A DNA stretch of 64,000 nt from Cenococcum geophilum (taxonomy: Eukaryota). A program made the translations under genes and the position numbers. The number at the start of each line of letters is the position of its first letter. The first letter of the stretch is position 1. Shown in pieces: positions 13,768 to 27,700 of the stretch. Under the pieces are notes generated by a model that saw only the letters and a list, made by a program, of their open reading frames with translations, had not been told where the DNA came from and did not search any database. Where the stretch lies: positions 17,236,001 to 17,300,000 of the forward strand of contig CP158635.1 in the NCBI GenBank assembly GCA_050273025.1, given 5' to 3'.

Positions 13768-16700
13768 CTACACAAAATGAGTAGTAACTAGGGTGTAGAT
13801 ATAAGAGACAGAAGCTCCGAATATCCTAGAGAAAGTGGAAACAGAAGAAGCGAGGAACGAAGGAGAGTCGAAGGACCCTCGCCGGGGGTCCGCCACCTAT
13901 CCATTATATAGTATAACTGCGGCAACACAAACCACCGCCTCGCAAGGCCCCTACTAGACAGTTTAGACCTAGAGAAACACTATATCCTTGCTATACAAGA
14001 ACCGTATTATAATACCTTTATACAATCGACATACTGCCCCCAAGGATTCTAGCTCCTATACGAACTAAAAGCAGCCATATACGTGTGCTTTATGATTAGC
14101 AAGGCTATTAGCCTATCCTTATGGTTATAGCAGGTAGTTAACCCAGATATTACAGTTATAACAATCCAAATATATAGGGGACCGGTACAAATTATTAATG
14201 TGTATAACCCTAGGGTTAAAGGGGTCCCACAAACAGAGAATATTATATCGGTAATAAGCTTACTAGAAACCGAAGGTATAGAGTCTATCCTACTAGGAGA
14301 TATGAACCTCCACTACCCGCGGTGGGGGGGCATCTATATTGCTGTAGATTAATAGTTAGAGTGCCTACTAAGAGCTATAGATATCTGGGGCCTTAAGCTA
14401 GCTACCCCCCTAGGAGCAATTATATGGCAATGAGGTACCGCTAGAAGTATAATTGACCTTATATTTATGGACGAAGGCCTATACTAGAGACTTAAAAGGT
14501 ATAACCCTAAAGAAGAATGGGCACTTACCCTAGACTATATCCCTATCTAGATATAGCTAGACCTAGATACTAAAGCGCAACTAAATAGAAAAGATACGTA
14601 ATAAGGAAGCTTAAGACAGACAGTTTCCTTAATGTAGTTAAACAACAACTCTAAGACCTAGAAGAAATCCACCCAATACTAAACGAGCGAGGCTTATTGG
14701 CCACCCCCGAGGAAATTAACCGAAGACTAGAAAGGATCTAGGCAGCAATTAAAAATGGGCTAAAAGAGCACTGCCCGATCTTAAAACTAGGCCCCTATAT
14801 GCGATACGCATGGTCTATATAATGTGTAGTTCTAGTTGCTAGCTAATGACGAGCAAGAAGGAAATATATAAGTAGCTATAACCCTAAAGACAAGAAATAA
14901 TATAAAGACATAAGAAACCAGCTAAAGAATACCCTAAAAAAAGAAGCAAGGAATAACTAGAGATAGTTTATAAATAAGTATACTTCTAACCCGAGCCTCC
15001 CCTATAATAAGGGCCTTTAGGCTATAGTAAAATGGGTAAAAAAAAAGGTAGGGCGCCTAGTAGAAGACCTACACCTACCACCCCTATAAAGAGTAGGAGA
15101 ATTATAGGCTATAAATAATAATAATAAAAAGGTAAAGATCCTTATAGAAAGGTTCTTCCCCTAACCGGCTTTAGTAAACCTTAGTAATATTACGGGCGAA
15201 ACACTAGTAACTTGCCTGTGGGTTAACAGCGATATAATAATAGAGGAAATGGCTAGAACTATTAGCCGCCTTTTAAATAATATAGTACTAGGACCAGATA
15301 GGATTCTAAATAAGGCCCTAAAAACCTATAGGCCACTTATAGCACCTTAGCTTACAGATATAGCTAGAGCATACTTTGCTATAGGCTACTACCCACAACT
15401 CGGAAGATCTATAATAACGGTTGTTTTATAAAAAGAAGGTAAAGTAGATTACTTAATCCCAGGAAGCTACCGCCCTATTGCCTTAGAAAACACCCTTAGT
15501 AAGATCTTAAAAAGGGTAATAATAGAACACATAGTAGATACGGTAGAGAAACACGCCCTACTACTATAAAGCTAAATAGGGGCAAGAAAGAACCGCTTAA
15601 CACTATTAGCACTTACGCTACTTGCTACTACTATTAAATCTATATAGGTAATGCGAAAGGACTTTATAGTATTAATACTTAGCCTAGATATTAGTGGTGC
15701 CTATAATAATATACCCTATAAGTGTCTCCTATATATCCTTAGGGTAAAGGGCTTTTTAGAATGGATTATATAATTTGTCTAAGGGTTTATAGGCTAGAAA
15801 GAAATATTACTAGTCTTTAGCGGATACCAGAGCCCCCCTATTATAGTTATAATAGGAATACTATAAGGATTACCCCTCTCGCCTATACTCTTCCTTTTCT
15901 TTATAAGCAACCTGCTTAACTCCTTTAAGAAAAGGGCGACTTAGGGGATAGGCTTTGTTAATGATATAAACCTAATTATATACAGGCTAATAGCCGTAGA
16001 GAATTGCAGAATACTAAAGAAAGCCTATAACACTTGTATAGAATAGGCAAAACGTTATAGAGTCTAATTCTCACCAGAGAAATACTAGCTAATCTATTTT
16101 ATAAGAAAACGTAACTAATCTATAGATTTCTAGTATATAATTCGCATTTAAGGCTTTAGGGGTTAACTAGTTTAGGGCCTAAGGGTATTAGGAGTATGGG
16201 TAGACAGTAAGCTCCGGTGGAGCGTATATGCGGCGTAAGCGGCCCATAAAGGCTAAGCATAGTTTATTGCTTTATCTAGGATTGTTAATTCTATATAGGG
16301 TCTATACTTCTAGAGGTCACGCCTACTATATATAGTAGTTGTCCGGCCAACTATAATATATAGATCTAATATTTGGGCCATTAGAGAAACTAAAAAGGGC
16401 CCCCCTAAATTACTTTTTAAACTACTTTAAAAGGTCTAAATAGCCTGCCTTTAGAGTATTATAGGCGGGTATAAGCAAACAGCCACAGTACTGCTTAAGA
16501 AGGAATCTAATATTCCCCCCCTATAGTTATATATTAAAGCCACTATAATATAAAGGACGTAAAATAAACGTAACTCTAATGTTATAAAGTACATTAAGAC
16601 ACGCCTAAGTAAACTATGGAGGGACCCTAGGGTGCCCTATAGGAGAATAAACCAACAACCCTAAAGTAGGGAAGAGATATTAGAGAAATAGGTAAAGAAA

Positions 16701-17601
16701 GTAGAAAAAAAATAGTGCCGCTTTAGGGCCTAGGCCTATATAGAGGAGGAAGGGAGACGTATAAGAGGTTAGTAAAGATAATAGTAAGATAGAGAAAGGA
16801 GCTAAAGTAGAATACGCAAGAACGCTGGGAAACTATTTACCGTAATGCAATACTGGTTGGACTAACGCTAGAGAGGTAAATGGGAGTTAAAGGTACAAAG
16901 GCTAACTTAGGTAAGACGAACCTAAGCTATAGTATAGTTAACGCTATAGGGGGTAAATACCTAAGGGCTCCAAGAAGGCCTAATAAAGGCAGAAAATATA
17001 ATAGTAACACTCTTAAGAATAGGAATAATAGGACTAAAAGATTGGCTTTACTGGGTAGGTGTCTTAGTAGGTAGCCTAAGATGCAAATATAGTTGGCTAA
17101 GATAGACACCAAAACACGTAATACTGCTATGCCCCCTACGCACTAATTAAGAAATAATGCTCTTAGCAGCTGGTATAGAGAACTATAATATACTGCTCTT
17201 AATATAAAAAGGCCTTAAGGCGGTTACCCAGTGGCTTATTAGTTAAAATGTGCTAAATTAGTTCTGGGTTGTAAGGGAAATGGTAATAAAAGGCAAGGGG
17301 GCAAGCAGTAGGTGCCCCCTAGTAACTCTACAGTAGTAGAGTAATAGTTTATAATACTAGCGCGTCCGTAGGCTTGTTACGGCAGTAGTAGTTCCTAAGA
17401 AGGTTAAATAGTAAGGTAGTAGAGCACTATAGGCGACTTATAGGCGCTAAGTAGGCGAGTTCTAAAAGGCGGGGAGATGGATTATGGGGTTTTCTCATTT
17501 TTCTTAAATAGAGTTTTCTCCCTATATATAAATAAGGAGTAGTCCGCGTGGGCCTAATAGGGATCTAAATCGGACGTTAAGTAATGAATTATTATTATTA
17601 T
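13768..17601 (+). mobile_element. 5'-truncated Tad1-like LINE (ORF2: APE endonuclease, RT, C-terminal Cys/His motif), RIP-inactivated
   Basis: ATG at 13777; motifs QYNCGN, ILAIQEP, LGDMNLH, GSYRPIALENTLSK, QGSPLSPILF, FVDD (de-RIP). (TTA)n tail. TSD TAATTATTATCTATAT at 13752-13767 / 17602-17617; empty site visible in G2 near 21744-21760. Confidence 0.94.
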
Positions 17602-20600
17602 TAATTATTATCTATATATTGCTATAATATCTTAATCCAGCTTATAAAGTTAATCTTATTCTTTATTTAACTCTTTAATTCCTTTAAGTCCCCTTAACCC
17701 TAGCTCTTATAGCTAATAGCTTATATTATACTTAGCGTCTTTATAAATTTAGTATATGTTATTATAACAAAACGCAAAACTTCTAATTAAACACTCTTTT
17801 GTTCCTTATAGTATACTATTATCTCTCTATATATATATATTATATACTATTAGTCTAGTTCCCTTTACTATATAATAACTCTAACTACTTCTATAATCTT
17901 TAGCGAAATAACCCTATTTTCCGCAATTTATATAAGCTCCGTCTTTAAACTATTATTTTTGCTATAGAGTCCGCTTAAACATCTTCCGCTATTAAGATCC
18001 TTAGTTTAGCCTATACTCCTTAGTCCTATAATTACTTAATCCTTAACTTCTAGGTTTTTATAGTTACTTTCCCTATCTTTTATAGGTTTTTCTAGTACCG
18101 CTTAGGTCTATTAGCTCTACACTATACTATAGTTTCTAATTTAGCTTTAGTTATTGTGTACTTTACGTCTTATATAACTATAGAACTCTATCCTAGCCTC
18201 TCTTAGCCTATTCCCTTTAGAAGATCCTATTATTAATCTTAATCGCTTAATCTATTAATTCCCTTAGGGTGTCCATATCTTCTATTAAAATAATTACATC
18301 CTAGACTTTAGCCTTAAGTCCCTATTTATACTATACTATAAGCGCCTTATTATTCCATTTAACCTATATAGCAAGTATTTAAAACTGTATCATATACTTA
18401 ATTACTAAAGTTTACTATATTAGGTCCTAAAGCTTTCTTTTTACTATAGTTATTGCTTCTAGGTCCCTAAATATCTATATTAATTATTCCGCGAATCTTA
18501 CCTAGCTAAAAAATATATATTGTACCTCTTAATTGGTAGTAGTTATTCTATTAGTCTATATTTCCGTTAAGTAGGATTTAAACCATTTAAGTACCTAACC
18601 TGTTAGAAATAGTCCTGCGTAGGCTATCTAATCCATTATTATAGCTAACTTGGCCCCTTTTTATATAACTTTAAAATATATTTACGTTAGGAATCCTTTA
18701 AGCTTTAATATCTCCCCTAAGAATCGTTTAATTAAAGGTAACTTAACCTTTACTACTTTAATCCCATTAAGTCTTTCTTTAAGTATTTAGTTGTTCTTAT
18801 TTAACCTATTAATAATTTCCTATAACTGCCCAACCGTAACTGGTTATAAGTTAGTATCTTATATACTTATATCTCCACTTAACCTTAAAGTAGTTGCTGC
18901 CGTTAACGGCGTCATAGTAGCTGCTTTTAGTAGCATGTTATTTGACTTATTAAAACCGTAACTATAGTAGTAATTGTATAATGGAGCCTTATAGTAGGAA
19001 CTACGGTGGACTTATTAATAGGCTAGGTATATAGGTATTGCAAGTAAGTTAATAACGTAATAATAACTGGTAGAGTAGTTGCCTAATAGATTAACTCTAA
19101 TTATATTCTAAGAATTACTATAAGAAAGGAACTATCTAGGTAGGGATTAAGGGTCCTTAAATACACAACTATACTTTTATAAAATCCTTCTTATACGTAA
19201 TATACGTGTTATATATAAGGTACATAAGTTCCTCTTATTCCTCTCGTTTAATACGTAGCATATTATATAACCTTAGCTACCATTCCTCGTTATATAATTC
19301 TATGGGTTCCATCCTAGACCGTGCTTATATTAACTAACTAGCCTCTTCTAACTCTTCTCCAAGTAGTTATAATATTGTACTTAAGGCGTCTGTAACAGTA
19401 AGCTTATAGATTAGAAAGAACCTTAGATTTATTCCTAGTTCTAATTCTATCTTATAGTCCTATACTATATACTCTAACAGCTTTTCACTTTCTAGTAACT
19501 ATAACTTTTTACCATACTTATGGTATCTTTTAGGTACGTAACTTAATCCCTAATTAGTCTCCTTATATATCGCTCTAACTTAGTACTATACTAACTTAGT
19601 TTGTTATTACATCTTATATTATTATATATCTCTAATATTAACCTAACCTATAACCTAATTAATCTTTAGATTATATTCCTATAACTAAGGCATTCCTAAT
19701 ACTGCCTTATTATTCCCTAATAGTAATATATTAAAAGATATCTTAACTTATCTCCCTTTAATAGTTATCTAAATTAGTCCTATTTTAAGATTAATAATAC
19801 CTCCTCCGTAGGCTATTAAATTTCCTAAAATTGTTACTAATAGATAAGGGTGCTCTTTTTACCTATATAATAGCCCCATCCTTTTAACTGCTACTAGTGA
19901 AATATAGTTCCTTATTACTCCACTATCTACCAATACTTTAAACTATTAATCTTACCATTTAACTTTTAGGTTTAGGTATTATTCTTAAATTCCTTTAAGG
20001 GTTTAAGGCTCTACTACTAGCTCCCTTTAGTCCTATAGGCCTCTACTTTTCCTAACTATTAGCTGCTTAATCCTATTATACTTAGCTTATTCTTTAGCTA
20101 ATACCTAGTTTGCTTTTTGTCTTTAATATACTATAAATAGGTATTCTCTAGATATTCCCACTATTATTGTCCATCTAAGCATTCTTCCGTAAGGAATCTT
20201 CCTAGTTAAAGTATTAAATCTCCTTCCTCTTAGACTTCTGCTAAATGCTATCTATGCATATACTTAGCATTCCTATACTATTGTTTATCTATTATCTAGT
20301 ATATCCTTATAGGGTATTTCCGGTTCTTTTCCTTTAGATTCTTATGTATTTTATATATATCATCCATACATGCAATCTATAATAGCGTATAGTATACTAG
20401 GTGCTTTAGATTAACTCTTAACTTATCTTTATCTTTAAGTTTAAACCTTTATCGCGCTAATCTAAACGTTATAACTTTATTTATAGGTACTAAGATACGT
20501 CTCTTGCTTCTCTAGTCCTCTAATTATTCCTCTAGATCCTTTAATATTATAATTAAGGCTCCCTTAATATAATTTATTGCTTTTTCTATAATTAGGTAGT

Positions 20601-22785
20601 CTTAGATAACTTTTTTATCCAACTATATATAGAAATCTTCTCACTTATTATTATGTCGTTGCCTATACTACTTTTGGTACAGCTATTAGAGTATATACAG
20701 TCTGTCCGTAAGGAAGTATCTTCTTATTACTGCGTTATAACAGCCTTTTATATATCGTTCTTCGAACCTAGTAGGAATCCCTAGATCCTCTTTTTGTTTT
20801 AGTTCGGTAAGCCACTTAGCTCTTAGTATGCCTATTTTAGGTCTATTAGTAATTCTTTATATAGGTGCTTTATCCCTTATACATCCTAACGTACTAGATC
20901 TTTTATCTAGTTTCTATTCTTGCTATAAGGTAATTCTTACTCTAAATTCCTTTATAGTTTCTTTCTTTTTGCGTCTTATAAGTAGATCCTTAAAGTCTTC
21001 TTACTTCTTAATCTTAGTATTATATTCTTAATCTTTAGTCTAAACATCTTATTTAACTAGTAAGTCCTCTAGGTCTATATATCTATCTCCTAATCTAACT
21101 ACTATTTATATTACAGATTCTCTAATCTATAGTAAAGCCGCTTGCTTCTTACTTGTGGGTGTCCTTATTTATACTCTAAACTCTTAACCCCTTAGATTCT
21201 TTAATCCTAAGCTTGCCTCTTTCTTAAGCTGCGCTCTAACCTTAGTCTAACTAGGCTTTACTAGTATTTTTATCTTGTCTTAAGAGTCTTAAACCTTACT
21301 TATCTTATCTTAAGAATCTTATGCCGTTAGAAACACTTATCCTAAGCTTATTTATATGTTCTTAAACTAAGCTACTACCCTACTCTATTAGTTTACGTCT
21401 ATTATAGGTCCTTAAGCATGCCTTATCTCTTCTTAAGAATCTTAGTCATCTCTTATTTTATCTTAAGAATCTTAAGCCTTTAGCCTTTTACCTTTATTAA
21501 GTAGTAAGCTAGCACTAGCAGTCGTCTACTTACTTAATCGTCTCTAGATATTGCTCCTTCCGTCTTATAAAGTAATAGATGCCGTATCTAACAGTATTAT
21601 AATACCCGTTACTAAACCTTGCTCTATAGTGGTCTTAGTCTCTACTTTTATTGCGTTATTAAGGTTTAGATACCCCTAATTAGTTCCTTTACTATCCTTA
21701 TTGCTATTAATTAATAAGTACTTTAACTCTATTGTTATTATTACTAATTATTATCCGCATATTACTATAATATCTTAATCTAGCTTATAGAGTTAATCTT
21801 ATTCTTTATCTAACTTTTTAGTTCCTTTAAGTCCTCTTAACTCTAGCTCTTATAGCTAATAGCTTGTACCATACTTAGCGTCTTTATAAATTTGGTATAT
21901 ATTATTATAATAAAACGCAAAACTTCTAATTAAACACTCTTTTATTCCTCGCAGTATACTATTATCTCTCTATACGTATATATTATATACTATTAGTCTA
22001 GTTCCCTTTACTACATAATAACTCTAACTACTTCTATAGTCTCTAGTAAAATAACCCTATTTTCCGCAATTTATATAAGCTCTGTCTTTAAACTATTACT
22101 TTTATTATAGAGTCCGCTCAAACGTCTTCCGCTATTAAGATCCTTAGTTTAGCCTATGCTCCTTAGTCCTATAATTACTTAATCCTTAACTTCTAGGTTT
22201 CTATAGTTGCTTTCCCTATCTCTTATAGGTTTTTCTAGTACCGCTTAGGTCTATTAGCTCTACACCATACTATAGTTTCTAATTTAGCTTTAGTTGTTGC
22301 GTGCTCTGCGTCTTATATAACTATAGAACTCTATCCTAGCCTCTCTTAGCCTATTCCCTTTAGAAGATTCTATTATTAATCTTAATCACTTAATCTATTA
22401 ATTCCCTTAGGGTATCCGCATTTTCTATTAGAGTAATTATATCCTAGACTTTAGCCTTAAGTCCCTATTTATACTATACTATAAGCGCCTTATTATTCTA
22501 TTTAACCTATATAGTAAGTATTTAAAACTATATTATATACTTAATTACTAAAGTTCGCTATATTAGGTCCTAAAGCTTCCTCTTTACTATAGTTATTGCT
22601 TCTAGGTCCCTAAATATCTATATTAATTGTTCCGCAAATCCTACCTAGCTAAAAAATATATATCATACCTCTTAATTAGTAGTAGTTATTCCGTTAGTCT
22701 ATATTTCCATTAAGTAGGGTTTAAACCATTTAAATACCTAACCTATTAGGAATAGTCCTACATAGGCTATCTAATCCATTATTAT

Positions 22786-22943
22786 CCCTTGCATAGATGG
22801 TGTGGATACAATTGTGGCCCGTGCATAACGTTAAAGAACATCACCTTTTGATTGTTGGGCGAGGCTCGCTTAATCAGATTTTCGTAACAGTAATTGGCCA
22901 AGCACGGGCCACCATCTTGAGCACGAATCCATCTATGCAAGGG
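22786..22943. mobile_element. 158-bp non-autonomous TIR element (MITE-1)
   Basis: Perfect 15-bp TIR CCCTTGCATAGATGG. Absent from the paralogous site in G3 (18631-18646), which shows a 2-bp AT duplication. Not RIPed. Confidence 0.93.
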
Positions 22944-23279
22944 ATAGCTAACTTGGCCCCTTCTTACATGACTTTAAAATATATTTACATTAGAAATCCT
23001 TTAAGCTTCGATCCCTCTCCTAAGAATTATTTAATTAAAGGTAACTTAACCTTTACTACTCTAATCCCATTAAGTCTTTCTTTAAGTATTTAGTTGTTCT
23101 TATTTAACCTATTAACAATTTCCTATAACTACCTAACCGTAACTAGTTATAAGTTAGTATCTTATATACTTATATCTCCACTTAACCTTAAAGTGGTTAC
23201 TGCCGTTAACGGCGTTATAGTGGCTGCTTTTAGTGGCATATTATTTAACTTATTAAAACCATAACCGTAGTAGTAATTA

Positions 23280-23699
23280 TATAACAAAGCCTTATAGTAG
23301 GAATTATGGTAGACTTATTAATAGGCTAGGTATATAAGTATTATAAGTAAGTTAACAACGTAATAATAACTGGTGGAGTAGTTGCCTAATAGATTAACTC
23401 TAATTATATTCTAAGAATTACTATAAGAAAGGAACTATCTAGGTAGGACTAAGGGTCCTTAAATACACAACCGTACTCCTATAAAATCCTTCTTATATAT
23501 AATATACGTGTTATACGTAAGGTACGTAAGTTTCTTTCGTTCCTCTTATTTAATACGTAGCACATTATATAACCTTGGTTACCATTCCTCGTTATATAGT
23601 TCTATAGGTTCCATCCTAAACCGTGCCTATATTAACCAACTAGCTTCCTCTAACTCTTCTCTAAGTAGTTATAGCATCGTACTTAAAGCGTCCGTAATA
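23280..23699 (-). repeat. 5' LTR of G2 (420 bp)
   Basis: Colinear with the G3 LTRs. Confidence 0.9.
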
Positions 23700-24266
23700 T
23701 AAAGGTAGCCACTTTTCCTAGTTATCTTATAGGTAGGAGCAGTATATTTATAGGTATTATTCTATAATCGCGTTTATAATTTTAGTTTAACTATTTATCT
23801 CTAGATAAAATATAGTTAAGAGTTATATTTATATACTTAATTATTTATATAAAGCTTGCTAGAAGTCTAAAATAAACTAGCTTCCGTAGTTAAATATTAT
23901 TAAATTAAGAAGTCTATATAGCTTAAAGACGTTTTTAATAAAACATTCGGCTACCAATATTATATTAATTAAGTCTATAGGGATTATATATCGCATTTTT
24001 ATAAAATGGTTAATAACTACTATAACATTTATAAACTTATTACTATTAGGCAGGTTAACTATAAAGTTAATTAAGATATCTTATTATCTTTATATTGGAA
24101 TTAGTAACAGTTAAAGTACTCCTTACTTTTTTATATAAAAGGTCTTTTAATATACGCATATTCTATATACTTAAACGTATTTTCGTATATAGTTATATAT
24201 TATAGGCCAGTAATATACTTATTAAATAATCTTATAGGTCTTTATATAGCTAAAATGCCCTACTAT
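23700..24266 (-). pseudogene. Older Gypsy family C, fragment 1: integrase
   Basis: De-RIP motifs GH..KT....YYWP, PLPIP..RW.DISIDFVVDLP, LHGLP..IISDRGSQF, YHPETDGQTE, DWEKWLPL. Confidence 0.85.
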
Positions 24267-24705
24267 TATTACGGACGCTTTAAGTATAATGTTATAACTA
24301 CTTGGAGAGGAGTCGGAAGAAGCTAGTTAGTTAATTTAGGCACAGTCCAGGATAGAGCCAGTAGAGCCATGTGACGAGAAATGGTAACTAAGGTCATATG
24401 ATATAATCTGTATAATCTATAGAATCTGTGTAATCCGTAACAGAGTAGACAAAGTATACGTACCTCACGTATAAAGGGGATTTCTTAGAAGTACGGTTGT
24501 GTATTTAAAGGACCACAGTCCTTACCTAGATAGTTCTCTCCTTTATAGTAAATCTATTGGGCAACCACTCCACTAGTTATTATTACGTTGTTAACTTCTT
24601 ATTTACCTATATACCTAGCCTATTAATAAGTCCACCGTAGTTTTTACTATAAGGCTTTATTATATATTTACTACTAAGGTTATAGTATTAATAAAGTCGA
24701 ATAAT

Positions 24706-27700
24706 ATACCACCAAAAGCAGCCACTGCGACGCCATTAACGGCGGCAACTACTTCGAGGTTAGGTAACGACACTAGTATAGTAGATACTAACTTATAGCA
24801 ACCTATAACGGTTGGACAGTTATAAGAGATAGTTGACCAGTTAATAGAAAATAATGCGATATTGGAAAATAGGATTAACGGGATAGGTGCAGTAAAGGTT
24901 AAGTTACTATTGATTAAAAGATACTTAGGAGAAAGATTAAAGCTTAAAGGATTCCTTACGCAAATGTACTTTAAGGTAGTATAGGAGGGAGCAAAGCTAG
25001 CAACACCTATGGATTAAATAGTATATACAGGACTGTTCTTAACAGGAAGAGCACTTAAATAGTTTAAGCCTTACCTTATAGAGATATAAGTAAATGGAAT
25101 AACAATAATAAACTAAGAAGTACGGTTTATATTTTCTAGCTAGAATGGATTTATGGAGCGACTTATATAAATATTCGGAGACCCAAAGGCAGTAACCACG
25201 GCGGAAAAAAAACTCTAAGACATTACGTAACGAACCTTAGCAATTAAGTATATAATATAGTTCTAAACATTAGTAATATAAGTAGAGTGGAATAATAGGG
25301 CGCTTATGGTATAGTATAAACAGGGACTTAAGGCTAAAGTCTAGGACGTGATTATCTTAATAGAAGATGCGGACACCCTAAGGGAACTAATAGATTAAGT
25401 AATTAAGATTAACAATTGGATCTACTAAAGGGAATAGGCTAAGAGAGGCTAGGATAGAGTTTTACAGTTATATAAGGCGCAGAGTACGTAATAACTAAAG
25501 CTAAGTTAAAAACTATGGTATAGCGCAGAGCTAATAGACCTAAGTGGTACTAAAAAAACTAGAAGATAGAATACACGACTATGGAAACCTAGAGGATAAG
25601 GATTAAGTAATTAAAGGTTTAAGGAGTAAAGGCCAAACTAGGGATCTTAGCAGCAGAAGACGTTTAGGCGGACTCTATAGTAAGAAAAATGGTTTAAAGA
25701 AGGAGCTTGCATAAATTACGGAAAATAAGGTTATTATATTAGAGACTGTAGAAGTAGGTAAAGTTACTACGCAGTAAAAAGAATAAGACTAGTAGACGAT
25801 ATATATATAGAGGGATAATAATATACTATAAGAAACAAAAGAATATTTAATTAAAAGTTTTACGTTTTGTTATAATAACACATACCAAATTTATAAGGAC
25901 GCTAAGTACGGCGTAAGCTATTAGCTATAAGAGCTAGTACCTATAGAATATAGAGGAACCAATGAACCAGTTCGCAGATCGGACATTAAGGACGATAAAT
26001 TCGACGTAGGCGAAATATTCCGTAACGATAAGGCGATAAGGGCTACTTATTAGAAGTGAGTAGACCTTAGAGATATTATACTAGAGGTAGAGGATAATTC
26101 CACTATAGAATAGGGAACATTAGTAGGGATTAAGACCCTACTAGACACGATATCTATCGCTTTGCGAGACGTAAGAGAAGTAGGATAGTAAACTACTTTG
26201 GTACTTAATAAAGGTAAAAGGCTAAAGGCTTAAGATTCTTAAAACGAGATGTAAGACGACTAAGATTCTTAAGACGAGATAAGGTAAGCTTAAGGACCTA
26301 TAACGGACGATAACCAATAGAGTAGAGTAATAGCTTAGTTTAGTAATATACGAATAAGCTTAGGATAAAGTTTCCTAAAGGCATAAGACTTTTAAGATGA
26401 GATAAGTAAGATTTAAAACTCTTAAGATAAGATAAGAATACTAAGTAAGCCTAGTTGGACTAAGGCTGGAGTAAGGCTTAAGATAGAAGTAAGCTCGGGA
26501 TTGAAAATCTAAAGGGGTTAAGAATTCGGAGTATAAATAAGGACACCCACGAACAAGAGGTAAGAGGCTTCTTTATAAATTAAAGAATTTATAGCGTAAA
26601 TAGTAATTAGATTAGGAGATAGGTATATAGACCTAAAAGACTTACTAGGAGAATATAGTGTTCGGCCTAAAGATTAAAATGTTAATACTAAGATTAAGAA
26701 GTAAGAAGACTTTGAGGATTTAAGCGTAAGACGCGAACCAAAAAAAACCATGGAAGAATTTAGATAAAGAATTACCGTATAGTAAGAATAGAAACTAGAT
26801 AAGAGATCTAGCATATTAGGACGTATAAAGGATAGAGCACTAGTATAAAGAATTACTAATAGACCTAGGGCAGGCATATTAAGAGTTAAGTGGCTTATTA
26901 AACTAGAAGATAAAGAGGATTTAGGGATCCCTACTAGGTTTAAAAAACGATATATAAAAGGCTGTTATAACGTAATAATAAGAAGATACTTCCTTACAGA
27001 CAAGCCGTATATGCTTTAGCAGCTGTACTAAAAGTGGTATAGGTAAAGGCATAATAATAAGTAGGAAGATTTCTATATATAGTTAGATAAAAGAGTTATC
27101 TAAGACCACCTAATTATAGAGAAGGCTATAACTTATATTAAAGGAGCCTTAATTATAACGTTAAAGGATTTAGAGGAACAATTAGAGGACTAGAGAAGCA
27201 AGAGACGCATTTTAGTACCCGTAAATAAAGTTATAACGTTTAGATTAGTATAATAAAGGTTTAAACTTAAAGATAAAGACGAGTTAAAAGTTAACCTAAA
27301 GTACCTAGTATACTATACGCTATTATAGATTGCATATATAGACGATATATATAAGATATATAAGAATCTAAAGAAAAAAAATTAGAAATACTCTGTAAGG
27401 ATGTACTAGATAATAAATAAGTAATAGTATAAGAATACTAAATATATGCACGGATGGCATCCAGTAAAAGTCTAAGAGGAAGGAGATTTAATACTTTAGC
27501 CAGGAAGATTCCTTATAGAAGAATGCTTAGACGGATAATAGTAGTAGGAATGCCTAAAGAATATATATCTATGGTATATTAAAGATAAAAAGCGAACTAG
27601 ACATTAGCTAAAGAGCGAGCTAAGTATAATAGGATTAAGCCGCTAATAGTTAGGAAAAGTGGAGGCCCACGGAACTAGAGGGAGCCAGTAGTAGAGCCTT

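Larger units (their letters stand above)
7542..19397 (-). mobile_element. Full-length Ty3/Gypsy chromovirus copy G3 (contains a LINE insertion)
   Basis: Two 421-bp LTRs (7542-7962, 18977-19397); 5-bp TSD GTAAG (7537-7541 / 19398-19402); polypurine tract AGAGGAGGGAGATGG on - next to the left LTR; gag ATG at 18936. Confidence 0.96.
4612..23699 (-). mobile_element. Ty3/Gypsy chromovirus copy G2, interrupted by G1 (left), G3 (7542-19397) and a MITE
   Basis: Chromodomain, integrase, RNase H and RT at 4612-7541 continue seamlessly at 19403 after the GTAAG duplication. gag ATG at 23239; 5' LTR 23280-23699. Confidence 0.9.

Noticed and set aside
22797..23093. 98-aa ORF
   Set aside because: Runs from inside MITE-1 into antisense gag; chimeric by chance.
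26230..26435. Spaced GATTCTTAAGACGAGAT repeats as a CRISPR-like array
   Set aside because: Irregular spacing, in-frame DSQDE peptide repeats in a eukaryotic retrotransposon, no cas genes.
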